From the human T2T-CHM13v2.0 reference genome, Homo sapiens, in assembly GCF_009914755.1 (NCBI RefSeq), contig NC_060946.1: a DNA stretch of 64,000 nucleotides; one strand, written 5' to 3'. Under the pieces are notes generated by a model. That model was not told the origin of the DNA. It did no database searches and was given only the letters and a program-made list of their open reading frames with translations. Made by a program: the position numbers and the translations under genes. Position 1 is the stretch's first letter; the number at the start of each line of letters is the position of its first letter. Below, piece after piece: positions 14,412-28,900 of this stretch.

Positions 14412-17400
14412 TTTAAATTCCATTCCATTCCATATCATTCCACTCCATTCCATTCCATTCGCGTTGATCCTGTTCCATTCCATATACTCATATTCCATTC
14501 CATTCCTTTCCATTCCATTCCATTCTATACCATTCCACCAAAGTTGTTTGCATCTTATTCCATTCCATTCTATTCCATTCCATTCCATTGCATTCCATTC
14601 CATTCTATTCCTCAAGGATTGATTCCATTCCATTCAATTCCGTTACGTTCCGTTCTGTTCCATTCCATTCCATTTCATTCAATTGTATTCCACTCGGTTT
14701 GATTCCATTCCATTCCATTCCATTCCATTCCATTCCATGCCCTTCGTGTTGATTCCTTTCCAATCCATTCCACTCCATACCATTCCACTCCATTCTGATC
14801 CATTCCATTGCATTCCATTCCATTCCATTCCATACCATTGCACCAAAGTTGATTGCATGTTATTCCATTCCATTCCATTCCATTCCATTCCATTCCATTC
14901 CTTTCCACTCGTTTTGATTCCATTCCATTCAATTCCGTTGCGTTCCGTTCCGTTCCGTTCCATTGTATTCCGTTTCATTCCATTGCATTCCACTCCGGTT
15001 GATTCCATTTCATTCCATTTCATTCCATTCCATTCCATTCCATGCAGTTCGGGTTGATTCCTTTCCATTCCATTCCATTCCATTCCATGCCATTCCACTC
15101 CATTCCGTTCCATTCCATTTGTGTTTATTCCGTTCTTTCGATGCCCTTTTATTCCATTCCATTCCATTCTTTTCCATTCCATTCCATACCATTCCACCAA
15201 AGTTGAGTGCATGTTATTCCATTCCATACCATTCCACCAAAGGTGATTGCATGTTATTCCATTCCATTGCAATCCACTCCATTCCATTCCATTCCTTTCC
15301 ATTCCATTCCATTCCTTTCAACTTGGGTTGATTCCATTCCTTTCAATTCCGTTCCGTTCCGTTCCGTTCCGTTCCATTCCATTCCATTTTATTCCATTGT
15401 ATTCCACTCGGGTTCATTCCATTCCATTCCATTCCATTCCATTCCATTCCATTCCATACCCTTCAGGTTGATTCCTTTGCATTCCGTTCCATTCCATACC
15501 ATTCCACTCCATTCCGTTCCATTCCATTCGGGTTGATTCCATTCCATTCCGTTCCGTTCCATTCCTTTCCATACCATTCCACTAGGGTTGATTCCATACC
15601 AATCCATTCCATTGCATTCCATTCCATTCCATTCCACTCTGGTTGATTCCATTCCTTTCCGTTCCGTTCCATTCCACTCCATACCATTCCACTAGGGTTG
15701 ATTCCATACCAATCCATTCCATTGCATTCCATTCCATTCAATTCCACTCGGGTTGATTCCATTCCATTCCATTCCATTCCATTCAATTCCACTCCATTCC
15801 ATTACATTCCATTCCACTCGGGTTAATTCCGTTCCATTCCATTCCAATCCATTCCATTCCATTCCATTGGGGTCCATTCCATTCCATTCCATTCCATGCC
15901 CTTCGTGTTGATTCCTTTCCAATCCATTCCATTCCATACCATTCCACTCCATTCTGTTCCATTCCATTCCATTCCATTCCATTCCATTACATACCATTCC
16001 ACCAAAGTTGATTGCATGTTATTCCATTCCATTCCATTCCATTCCATTCCATTCCATTCCTTTCCACTCGGGTTGATTCCATTCCATTCAATTCCGTTCC
16101 GTTCCGTTCTTTTCCTTTCCATTCCATTCCATTTTATTCCGTTCGCATTCAATCTATTCCATTGCATTTCATTCCGTTCTGTACCATTCCATTCTATTGC
16201 ATTCCTTACCATTCCATTCCACTCGGGATGATTCCATTCCATTGCATTCCATTCCATTCCATTCCGTTCCTTACCATTCCATTCCACTCGGGATGTTTCC
16301 ATTCCATTCCATTCCATTTTATTCCATTCCATTCCGTTCCATTACATTCCATTCTATACCATTCCACCCGGGTTAATTCCATACCATTGTATTCCATTCT
16401 ATTCCATTAAATTCCATTCCATTCCATTCCATTCCACTCGGGTAGATTCCATTCCATTCCATGCCATTCCATTCCATTCCATTCCATTCCATTCCATTTA
16501 ATCCATTCCATTCCATTCCACTCGGGTAGATTCCATTCCATTCCATGCCATTCCATTCCATTCCATTCCATTCCATTCCATTAGTTTGTAATCCGGTTGA
16601 TTCCAATCTATTCCATTATATTCAAGTCCTTTCCATTCCATGCCATTCCACTCGGGTTGTTTCCATTTTGTTGTATTCCATTCCATTCCATTCCATTCCA
16701 TTCCATTCCATTCCATTCCGTTCCATTCCATTCCATTGCATTCAATTCAACTCGGGTTGTTTCCATTACGTTCCATTAGTTTCCATTCCATTCCATTCCT
16801 TTCCATTCCATTCCATTCCATTACTTTCCACTCACGGTGATTCCATTCCATTGCATTCCAATGCATTCCAATCCCGTTGATACCATTGCATTGCATTGCT
16901 TCCATTCCATTCCATTCCATTACATTACGTTCCATTCTACCTGGTTTGATTGATTTCCATTTCATTCCAATGCATTCCATTCCCGTTGATACCATTGCAT
17001 TGCATTGCTTCCATTCCATTGCATTCCATTACATTGCGTTCCATTCTACCTGGTTTGATTGATTTCCATTCCATTCCATTCCGTTCCATTCCATTCCATT
17101 CCATTCCATTGCATTCCATTCCATTCCATTGCATTCCATTCCTCTCGGGTTGATTCCATTCCATTTCATGCCCTTTTATTCCATTCCATTCCATTCCATT
17201 CCTTTCCATTCCATACCATTCCCTCAAAGTTGATTGCATGCTATTCCATTCCATTCCATTCCCATTCCATTCCATACCATTCCACCAAAGTTGATTGCAT
17301 GCTATTCCATTCCATTCCATTCCATTCCACTCCATTCCATTCCATTCCTTTCCACTTGGGTTGATTCCATTCCATTGAATTCCATTCCGTTCCACTCTGT

Positions 17401-19220
17401 TCCGTTCCATTCCATACCATTCCATTCCATTTCATTCCATTGCATTCCACTCGGGTTTATTCCATTCCATTCCATTCCATTCCATTCCATTCCATTCCAT
17501 TCGGGTTGATTCCTTTAAATTCCATTCCATTCCATATCATTCCACTCCATTCCATTCCATTCGCGTTGATCCTGTTCCATTCCATATACTCATATTCCAT
17601 TCCATTCCTTTCCATTCCATTCCATTCTATACCATTCCACCAAAGTTGTTTGCATCTTATTCCATTCCATTCTATTCCATTCCATTCCATTGCATTCCAT
17701 TCCATTCTATTCCTCAAGGATTGATTCCATTCCATTCAATTCCGTTACGTTCCGTTCTGTTCCATTCCATTCCATTTCATTCAATTGTATTCCACTCGGT
17801 TTGATTCCATTCCATTCCATTCCATTCCATTCCATTCCATGCCCTTCGTGTTGATTCCTTTCCAATCCATTCCACTCCATACCATTCCACTCCATTCTGA
17901 TCCATTCCATTGCATTCCATTCCATTCCATTCCATACCATTGCACCAAAGTTGATTGCATGTTATTCCATTCCATTCCATTCCATTCCATTCCATTCCAT
18001 TCCATTCTATTCCATTCCTTTCCTTTCCACTCGTTTTGATTCCATTCCATTCAATTCCGTTGCGTTCCGTTCCGTTCCGTTCCATTGTATTCCGTTTCAT
18101 TCCATTGCATTCCACTCCGGTTGATTTCATTTCATTCCATTTCATTCCATTCCATTCCATTCCATGCAGTTCGGGTTGATTCCTTTCCATTCCATTCCAT
18201 TCCATTCCATGCCATTCCACTCCATTCCGTTCCATTCCATTTGGGTTTATTCCGTTCTTTCGATGCCCTTTTATTCCATTCCATTCCATTCTTTTCCATT
18301 CCATTCCATACCATTCCACCAAAGTTGAGTGCATGTTATTCCATTCCATACCATTCCACCAAAGGTGATTGCATGTTATTCCATTCCATTGCAATCCACT
18401 CCATTCCATTCCATTCCTTTCCATTCCATTCCATTCCTTTCAACTTGGGTTGATTCCATTCCTTTCAATTCCGTTCCGTTCCGTTCCGTTCCGTTCCATT
18501 CCATTCCATTTTATTCCATTGTATTCCACTCGGGTTCATTCCATTCCATTCCATTCCATTCCATTCCATTCCATTCCATACCCTTCAGGTTGATTCCTTT
18601 GCATTCCGTTCCATTCCATACCATTCCACTCCATTCCGTTCCATTCCATTCGGGTTGATTCCATTCCATTCCGTTCCGTTCCATTCCTTTCCATACCATT
18701 CCACTAGGGTTGATTCCATACCAATCCATTCCATTGCATTCCATTCCATTCCATTCCACTCTGGTTGATTCCATTCCTTTCCGTTCCGTTCCATTCCACT
18801 CCATACCATTCCACTAGGGTTGATTCCATACCAATCCATTCCATTGCATTCCATTCCATTCAATTCCACTCGGGTTGATTCCATTCCATTCCATTCCATT
18901 CCATTCAATTCCACTCCATTCCATTACATTCCATTCCACTCGGGTTAATTCCGTTCCATTCCATTCCAATCCATTCCATTCCATTCCATTGGGGTCCATT
19001 CCATTCCATTCCATTCCATGCCCTTCGTGTTGATTCCTTTCCAATCCATTCCATTCCATACCATTCCACTCCATTCTGTTCCATTCCATTCCATTCCATT
19101 CCATTCCATTCCATACCATTCCACCAAAGTTGATTGCATGTTATTCCATTCCATTCCATTCCATTCCATTCCATTCCATTCCTTTCCACTCGGGTTGATT
19201 CCATTCCATTCATTTCCGTT
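12980..19220 (+). repeat. Recent near-identical ~3.1 kb tandem duplication (12980-16100 / 16100-19220)
   Basis: Identical translated ORF pairs at offsets 3102-3122, e.g. 13640/16747, 14338/17440, 15207/18329, 15463/18585. Private variants CCTCAAGGATT, AAAGGTGATT and TTTCGATGCC are shared by the two copies. Confidence 0.88.
14412..17513 (+). repeat. HOR-like unit 5 (3102 bp)
   Basis: Landmark 14412 to 17514. Confidence 0.85.
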
Positions 19221-20915
19221 CCGTTCCGTTCCTTTCCATTCCATTCCCTTTCATTCCGTTCGCATTCAATCTATTCCATTGCATTTCATTCCGTTCTGTT
19301 CCATTCCATTCTATTGCATTCCTTACCATTCCATTCCACTCGGGATGATTCCATTCCATTCCATTATATTCTGTTCCGTTCCATTCCATTCCATTCCACT
19401 CGGGATGATTCCATTCCATTCCATTCCATTCCATTCCATTCCATTCCATTCCATTTCATTCCATTCCACTCTGGTTGTTTCCATTCCATTCCTTTCCATT
19501 TCATTCTATTCCATTACATTCCATTCCATTCCATTCCTCTCCGGTTATTCCATTCCATTCCATTCCACTCGGGATGTTTCCATTCCATTCCATTCCATTT
19601 TATTCCATTCCATTCCGTTCCATTACATTCCATTCTATACCATTCCACTCGGGATGTTTCCATTCCATTCCATTCCATTTTATTCCATTCCATTACGTTC
19701 CATTACATTCCATTCTATACCATTCCACTCGGGTTAATTCCATACCATTGTATTCCATTCCATTCCTTTAAATTCCATTCCATTCCATTCCACTCGGGTA
19801 GATTCCATTCCATTCCATGCCATTCCATTCCATTTAATCCATTACATTCCATTCCACTCGGTTAGATTCCATTCCATTCCATGCCATTCCATTGCATTCC
19901 GTTACATTCCTTTCTATTAGTTTGTAATTGGGTTGATTCCAATCCATTCCATTATATTCAAGTCCTTTCCATTCCATGCCATTCCACTCAGGTTGTTTCC
20001 ATTTTGTTGTATTCCATTCCATTCCATTCCATTCCATTCCATTCCATTCCATTCCATTCCGTTCCATTCCATTCCATTGCATTCAATTCAACTCGGGTTG
20101 TTTCCATTACGTTCCATTAGTTTCCATTCCATTCCATTCCTTTCCATTCCATTCCATTCCATTACTTTCCACTCACGGTGATTCCATTCCATTTCATTCC
20201 AATGCATTCCATTCCCGTTGATACCATTGCATTGCATTGCTTCCATTCCATTCCTTTACATTACATTACGTTCCATTCTACCTGGTTTGATTGATTTCCA
20301 TTTCATTCCAATGCATTCCATTCCCGTTGATACCATTGCATTGCATTGCTTCCATTCCATTCCATTCCATTACATTACGTTCCATTCTACCTGGTTTGAT
20401 TGATTTCCATTCCATTCCATTCCGTTCCATTCCATTCCATTCCACTCCATTCCATTGCATTCCATTCCTCTCGGGTTGATTCCATTCCATTTCATGCCCT
20501 TTTATTCCATTCCTTTTGCATTCCAATCCATTCCTTTCCATTCCATACCATTCCCTCAAAGTTGATTGCATGCTATTCGATTCCATTCCATTCCCATTCC
20601 ATTCCATTCCATTCCATACCATTCCACCAAAGTTGATTGCATGCTATTCCATTCCATTCCATTCCATTCCACTCCATTCCATTCCATTCCTTTCCACTTG
20701 GGTTGATTCCATTCCATTGAATTCCATTCCGTTCCGCTCTGTTCCGTTCCATTCCATTCCATTCCATTCCATTCCATTCCATTCCATTCCATTCCATTCC
20801 ATTCCATTCCATTCCATTTCATTCCATTGCATTCCACTCGGGTTTATTCCATTCCATTCCATTCCATTCCATTCCATTCCATTCCATTCAATTCCATTCC
20901 ATTCGGGTTGATTCC
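17514..20915 (+). repeat. HOR-like unit 6 (3402 bp)
   Basis: Landmark 17514 to 20916. Confidence 0.85.
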
Positions 20916-23831
20916 TTTAAATTCCATTCCATTCCATATCATTCCACTCCATTCCATTCCATTCCATTCGCGTTGATCCTGTTCCAATGCATAAACTCAT
21001 ATTCCATTCCATTCCTTTCCATTCCATTCCATTCTATACCATTCCACAAAGTTGTTTGCATATTATTCCATTCCATTCTATTCCATTCCATTCCATTGCA
21101 TTCCATTCCATTCTATTCCTCACGGGTTGATTCCATTCCATTCAATTCCGTTACGTTCCATTCTGTTCCATTCCATTCCATTTCATTCCATTGTATTCCA
21201 CTCGGGTTGATTCCATTCCATTCCATTCCATTCCATTCCATTCCATTCCATTCCATGCCCTTCGTGTTGATTCCTTTCCAATCCATTCCACTCCATACCA
21301 TTCCACTCCATTCTGATCCATTCCATTCCATTCCATTCCATACCATTCCACCAAAGTTGATTGCATGTTATTCCATTCCATTCCATTCCATTCCATTCCA
21401 TTCCATTCCATTCCATTCCATTCCTTTCCACTCGTTTTGATTCCATTCCATTCAATTCCGTTCCGTTCCGTTCCGTTCCGTTCCATTGTATTCCGTTTCA
21501 TTCCATTGCATTCCACTCCGGTTGATTCCATTTCATTCCATTTCATTCCATTCCATTCCATTCCATGCAGTTCGGGTTGATTCCTTTCCATTCCATTCCA
21601 TTCCATTCCATGTCATTCCACTCCATTCCATTCCATTCCATTTGGGTTGATTCCGTTCTTTCAATGCCCTTTTATTCCATTCCATTCCGTTCTTTTCCAT
21701 TCCATTCCATACCATTCCACCAAAGTTGAGTGCATGTTATTCCATTCCATACCATTCCACCAAAGTTGATTGCATGTTATTCCATTCCATTGCAATCCAC
21801 TCCATTCCATTCCATTCCGTTCCATTCCTTTCCATTCCATTCCATTCCTTTCAACTTGGGTTGATTCCATTCCTTTTAATTCCGTTCCGTTCCGTTCCGT
21901 TCCATTCCATTCCATTTTATTCCATTGTATTCCACTCGGGTTCATTCCATTCCATTCCATTCCATTCAATTCCACTCCATTCCATTACATTCCATTCCAC
22001 TCGGGTTAATTCCTTTCCATTCCATTCCAATCCAGTCCATTCCATTCCATTGGGGTCCATTCCATTCCATTCCATTCCATGCCCTTCGTGTTGATTCCTT
22101 TCCAATCCATTCCATTCCATACCATTCCACTCCATTCTGTTCCATTCCATTCCATTCCATTCCATTGCATTCCATTCCATTCCATACCATTCCACCAAAG
22201 TTGATTGCATGTTATTCCATTCCATTCCATTCCATTCCATTCCATTCCTTTCCACTCGGGTTGATTCCATTCCATTCAATTCCGTTCCGTTCCGTTACTT
22301 TCCATTCCATTCCATTTCATTCCGTTCGCATTCAATCTATTCCATTGCATTTCATTCCGTTCTGTTCCATTCCATTTCTATTGCATTCCTTACCATTCCA
22401 TTCCACTCGGGATGATTCCTTTCCATTCCATTATATTCTGTTCCGTTCCATTCCATTCCATTCCACTCGGGATGATTCCATTCCATTCCATTCCATTCCA
22501 TTCCATTCCATTCCATTCCATTTCATTCCATTCCACTCTGGTTGTTTCCATTCCATTCCTTTCCATTTCATTCTATTCCATTCCATTCCATTCCATTCCA
22601 TTCCTCTCCGGTTATTCCATTCCATTCCATTCCACTCGGGATGGTTCCATTCCATTCCATTCCATTCCATTTTATTCCATTCCATTCCGTTCCATTACAT
22701 TCCATTCTATACCATTCCACTCGGGATGTTTTCATTCCATTCCATTCCATTTTATTCCATTCCATTCCGTTCCATTACATTCCATTATATACCATTCCAC
22801 TCGGGTTAATTCCATACCATTGTATTCCATTCCATTCCTTTAAATTCCATTCCATTCCATTCCACTCGTGTAGATTCCATTCCATTCCATGCCATTCCAT
22901 TCCATTCCATTCCATTTAATCCATTACATTCCATTCCACTCGGGTAGATTCCATTCCATTCCATGCCATTCCATTCCATTCCATTACATTCCATTCTATT
23001 AGTTTGTAATCGGGTTGATTCCTCTCCATTCCATTATATTCAAGTCCTTTCCATTCCATGCCATTCCACTCAGGTTGTTTTCATTTTGTTGTATTCCATT
23101 CCATTCCATTCCATTCCATTCCATTCCGTTCCATTCCATTCCATTGCATTCAATTCAACTCGGGTTGTTTCCATTACGTTCCATTAGTTTCCATTCCATT
23201 CCATTCCTTTCCATTCCATTCCATTCCATTACTTTCCACTCACGGTGATTCCATTCCATTTCATTCCAATGCATTCCATTCCCGTTGATACCATTGCATT
23301 GCATTGCTTCCATTCCATTCCTTTACATTACATTACGTTCCATTCTACCTGGTTTCATTGATTTCCATTCCATTCCATTCCATTCCATTCCATTGCATTC
23401 CATTCCTCTCGGGTTGATTCCATTCCATTCCATGTCCTTTTGTTCCATTCCATTCCATTCCATTCATTCCATTCCATTCCATTCCATACCATTCCCCCAA
23501 AATTGATTGCATGCTATTACGTTCCATTCCATTCCCATTCCATTCCATTCCATTCCATACCATTCCACCAAAGTTGATTGCATGCTATTCCATTCCATTC
23601 CACTCCATTCCATTCCATTCCTTTCCACTTGGGTTGATTCCATTCCATTGAATTCCATTCAGTTCCGCTCCCTTCCATTCCATTCCATTCCATTCCATTC
23701 CATTCCATTCAATTCCATTCCATTCCATTTCATTCCATTGCATTCCACTCGGGTTTATTCAATTCCATTCCATTCCATTCCATTCCATTCCATTCCATTC
23801 CATTCCATTCCATTCCATTCGGGTTGATTCC
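20916..23831 (+). repeat. HOR-like unit 7 (2916 bp, lacks the CCTTCAGG/ACTAGGG segment)
   Basis: Landmark 20916 to 23832. At ~21950 GGGTTCATT runs directly into TCAATTCCACTCC...GGGTTAATT. Confidence 0.8.
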
Positions 23832-25904
23832 TTTAAATTCCATTCCATTCCATATCATTCCACTCCATTCCATTCCATTCCTTTCGCGTTGATCCTGTTC
23901 CATTCCACGCACTGATATTCCATTCCATTCCTTTCCATTCCATTCCATTCTATACCATTCCACCAAAGTTGTTTGCATCTTATTCCATTCCATTCCATTG
24001 CATTCCATTCCATTCTATTCCACTCGGGTTGATTCCATTCCATTCAATTCCGTTCCGTTCCGTTCTGTTCCATTCCATTCCATTTCATTCCATTGCATTC
24101 CACTCGGGTTGATTCCATTCCTTTCCGTTCCATTCCATTCCATTCCATTCCATTCCATTCCATTCCATGCCCTTCTTGTTGATTCCTTTGCAATGCATTC
24201 CATTCCATACCATTCCACTCCATTCTCTTCCATTCCATTCCATTCCATTCCATCCCATTCCATTCCATAGCATTGCACCAAAGTTGATTGCATGTTATTC
24301 CATTCCATTCCATTCCATTCCATTCCTTTCCACTCGGGTTGATTCCATTCCATTCCATTCCGTTCCGTTCCGTTCCGTTCCATTCCATTCCATTTCATTC
24401 CGTTCCATTCCATTCGTGTTGATTGCATTCCATTCCACTCCCATCCATTCCATACCAAATCATTCCATTCCACTCAATTCCACTCGCATTCAATCTATTC
24501 CATTCCATTTCATTCCGCTCTGTTCCATTTCATTCTATTGCATACCTTACCATTCCATTCCACTCGGGATGATTCCATTCCATTCCATTGTATTCCGTTC
24601 CATTCCATTCCATTCCATTCCACTCGGGATGATTCCATTGCATTCCATTCCATTCCATTCCATTCCATTCCATTCCATTCCATTCCACTCTGGTTGTTTC
24701 CATTCCATTCCTTTACATTTCATTCTATTCCATTCTATTCCATTCTATTCTATTCCATTCCATTCCACTCCATTCCATTCCATTCCTCTCCGGTTATTCC
24801 ATTCCATGCCATTCCATTCCACTCGGGATGTTTCCATTCCATTCCATTGCATTTTATTCCATTCCATTCCGTTCCATTACATTCCAATCTATACCATTCC
24901 ACTCGGGTTGTTTACATTCCATTCTATTCCATTTTATTCCATTCCATTTCGTTCCATTACATTCCATTCTATACTATTCCACTCGGGTTAATTCCATACC
25001 ATTGTATTCCATTCCATTCCATTAAATTCCATTCCATTCCATTCCACTCGTGTAGATTCCATTCCATTCCATGCCATTCCATTCCATTCCATTCCGTTTA
25101 ATCCATTACATTCCATTCCACTCGGGTAGATTTCATTCCATTCCATGCCATTCCATTCCATTCCATTCCATTTTATTAGTTTGTAATTGGGTTGCTTCCA
25201 ATCCATTCCATTATATTCAAGTCCTTTCCATTCCATGCCATTCCACTCGGGTTGTTTCCGTTTTGTTGTATTCCATGCCATTCCATTCCATTCCATTCCG
25301 TTCCATTCCATTCCATTGCATTCAATTCAACTCGGGTTGTTTCCATTACGTTCCATTAGTTTCCATTCCATTCCATTCCTTTCCATTCCATTCCATTCCA
25401 TTACTTTCCACTCACGGTGATTCCATTCCATTTCATTCCAATGCATTCCATTCCCGTTGATACCATTGCATTGCATAGTTTCCACTCCATTCCATTCCAT
25501 TACATTACGTTCCATTCTACCTGGTTTGTTTGATTTCCATTCCATTCCATTCCATTCCATTCCATTCCATTCCATTCCATACCATTCCACCAAAGTTGAT
25601 TGCATTCTATTCCATTCCATTCCATTCCCATTCCATTCCATTCCATACCATTCCACCAAAGTTGATTGCATGCTATTCCATTCCATTCCATTCCATTCCA
25701 TTCCATTCCACTCCATTCCATTCCATTCCTTTCCACTTGGGTTGATTCCATTCCATTCAATTCCATTCCGTTCCGCTCCGTTCCGTTCCATTCCATTCCA
25801 TTCCATTCCATTTCATTCCATTGCATTCCACTCGGGTTTATTCCATTCCATTCCATTCCATTCCATTCCATTCCATTACATTACATTACATTCGTTTTGA
25901 TTCC
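23832..25904 (+). repeat. HOR-like unit 8 (2073 bp, ~1.2 kb internal deletion)
   Basis: Landmark 23832 to 25905. It lacks the central CATGCA/AAGTTGAGTG/ACTAGGG/TGGGGTCC landmarks. Confidence 0.8.
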
Positions 25905-28900
25905 TTTAAATTCCATTCCATTCCATATCATTCCACTCCATTCCACTCCATTCCATTCGCGTTGATCCTGTTCCATTCCATGCACTCATATTCCATTCCA
26001 TTCCTTTCCATTCCATTCCATTCTATACCATTCCACCAAAGTTGTTTGCATCTTATTCAATTCCATTGCACTCCATTCCATTGCATTCCATTCCATTCTA
26101 TTCCACTCGGGTTGATTCCATTCCATTCAATTCCGTTCCGTTCGTTTCTGTTCCATTCATTCAATTTCATTCCATTGCATTCCATTCAGGTTGATTCCAT
26201 TCCATTCCATTCCATTCCATTCCATTCCATTCCATTCCATGCCCTTCTTGTTGATTCATTTCCAATCCATTCCATTCCATACCATTCCACTCCATTCTGT
26301 TCCATTCCATTCCATTCCATACCATTCCACCAAAGTTGATTGCATGTTATTCCATTCCATTCCATTCCATTCCTTTCCACTCGGGTGGATTCCATTCCAT
26401 TCAATTCCGTTCCGTTCCATTCCGTTCCGTTCCATTCTATTCCATTTCATTCCATTGCATTCCACTCGGGTTGATTCCATTCCATTCCTTTCCATTCCAT
26501 TCCATTCCATTCCATTCCATTCCATTCCATTCCATTCCATGCAATTCGGGTTGATTCCTTTCCATTCCATTCAATTCCATTCAATGCCATTCCACTCCAT
26601 TCTGTTCCATTCTATTCCGGTTTATTCCGTTCCTTTCAATGCCCTTTTATTCCATTCCATTCCATTCTTTTCCATTTCATTCCATACCATTCCACCAAAG
26701 TTTAGTGCATGTTATTCCATTCCATACCATTCCACCAATGTTGATTGCATGTTACTCCATTCCATTGCAATCCACTCCATTCCATTCCATTCCATTCCAT
26801 TCCATTCCATTCCTTTCCATTCCATTCCATTCTTTTCAACTCGGGTTGATTCCATTCCTTTCAATTCCGTTCCGTTCCGTTCCATTCTATTCCATTCCAT
26901 TTTATTCCATTGCATTCCACTCGGGTTGATTCCATTCCATTGCGCTCCATTCCATTGCATTCCATCCCATACCCTTCGGGTTGATTCCTTTGCATTCCGT
27001 TCCATTCCGTACCATTCCACTCCATTCTGTTCCATTCCATTCGGGTTGATTCCATTCCATTCCGTTCCGTTCCATTCCTTTCCATACCATTCCAGTAGGG
27101 TTGATTCCATACCAATCCATTCCATTGCATTCCATTCCATTCCACTAAGGTTGATTCCATACCAATCCATTCCATTCCATTCCATTCCATTCCATTCCAC
27201 TCTGGTTGATTCCATTCCTTTCCGTTCCGTTCCATTCCACTCCATACCATTCCACTAGGCTTGATTCCATACCAATCCATTCCATTCCATTCCATTCCAT
27301 TCCATTCCATTCCACTCCATTCCATTACATTCCATTCCACTCGGGTTAATTCCGTTCCATTCCATTCCAATCCATTCCATTCCATTCCATTCCATTGGGG
27401 TCCATTCCACTCCATTCCATTCCATGCCTTTCGTGTTGATTCCTTTCCAATCCATTCCATTCCATATCATTCCACTCCATTCTGTTCCATTCCATTCCAT
27501 TCCATTCCATTCCATACCATTCCACCAACGTTGATTGCATGTTATTCCATTCCATTCCATTCCATTCCATTCCTTTCCACTCGGGTTGATTCCATTCCAT
27601 TGAATTCCGTTCCGTTCCGTTCCGTTTCGTTCCATTGCATTCCATTTCATTCCGTTCTATTCCATTCGTGTTGATTCCATTCCATTCCACTCCAATCCAT
27701 TCCATTCCAAATCATTCCATTCCATTCAATTCCACTCGCATTCAATCTATTCCAACCCATTTCATTCAGTTCTGTTCCATACCATTCTATTGCATTCCTT
27801 ACCATTCCATGGCACTTCGATTTTTCCATTACATTCCATTATATTCCGTTCCATTCCATTCCATTGCATTCCACTCGGGATGATTCCATTCCATTCCATT
27901 CCATTCCATTTCATTCCATTCCACTCGGGTTGTTTCCATTCCGTTCCATTAGTTTCTATTCCATTCCATTCCTTTCCATTCCATTGCATTCCATTCCATT
28001 CCATTCCTTTCCACTCAGGGTCATTCCATTCCATTCAATTCCAATGTATTCCATTCCAGTTAATACCATTGCATTGCATTGTCTCCATTCCATTCCATTC
28101 CATTCCATTCCATTCCATTCCACTCGGTTTTTTTCCATTTCACTCCATTCCATTTTATTCCATTCCATTCCATTCCATTATATTCTATACCATTCCACTC
28201 GGGTTGACTCCATACCATTCTATTCCATTCCATTCCATTAAATTCCATTGCATTGCTTTCCACTCGGGTAGATTCCATTCCATTCCATTCCACTCGGGTA
28301 GATTCCTTTTCATTCCATTCATTTCTGTTCCATTCCATTCCATTCCATTCCATTCCATTCCATTCCATTAACTTCCATTCCATTCCATTCCACTCGGGTA
28401 CATTCCATTCCATTCCATTCCATTCCATTCCATTCCATTCCATTCGGTTTCATTCCAATCCATTCCATTCCACTCCTTTCCATTCCATTCCTTTCCATTC
28501 CATTCCATTCCATTCCATTCCACTCCTTTCCATTCCATTCCATTCCACTCGGGTTGATTCCATAGCATTCTATTCCATTCATTCCTTTCCATTCCATTCC
28601 ATTCCTGTCGGGTTGATTCTATTCCATTCCTTTCCATTCCATTCCATTCCTTTCCATTCTATTCCTCTCGGGTTGATTCCGTTGCATTACATTCCATTGC
28701 AATCCACTTGGTTTGATTCTATTCCCTTCCCTTCCAATCCAATCCATTTCATTCCATTCATTTACATTACACTCTGGTTGATTCCATAGCATTCCATTCC
28801 ATTCCATTCCATTCCATTCCATCCCATTCGGATTAATTCCATTCTATTCTGTTCCATTCCATTCCATTCCATTCCATACCATTCCATTCCGTTCCTTTCC

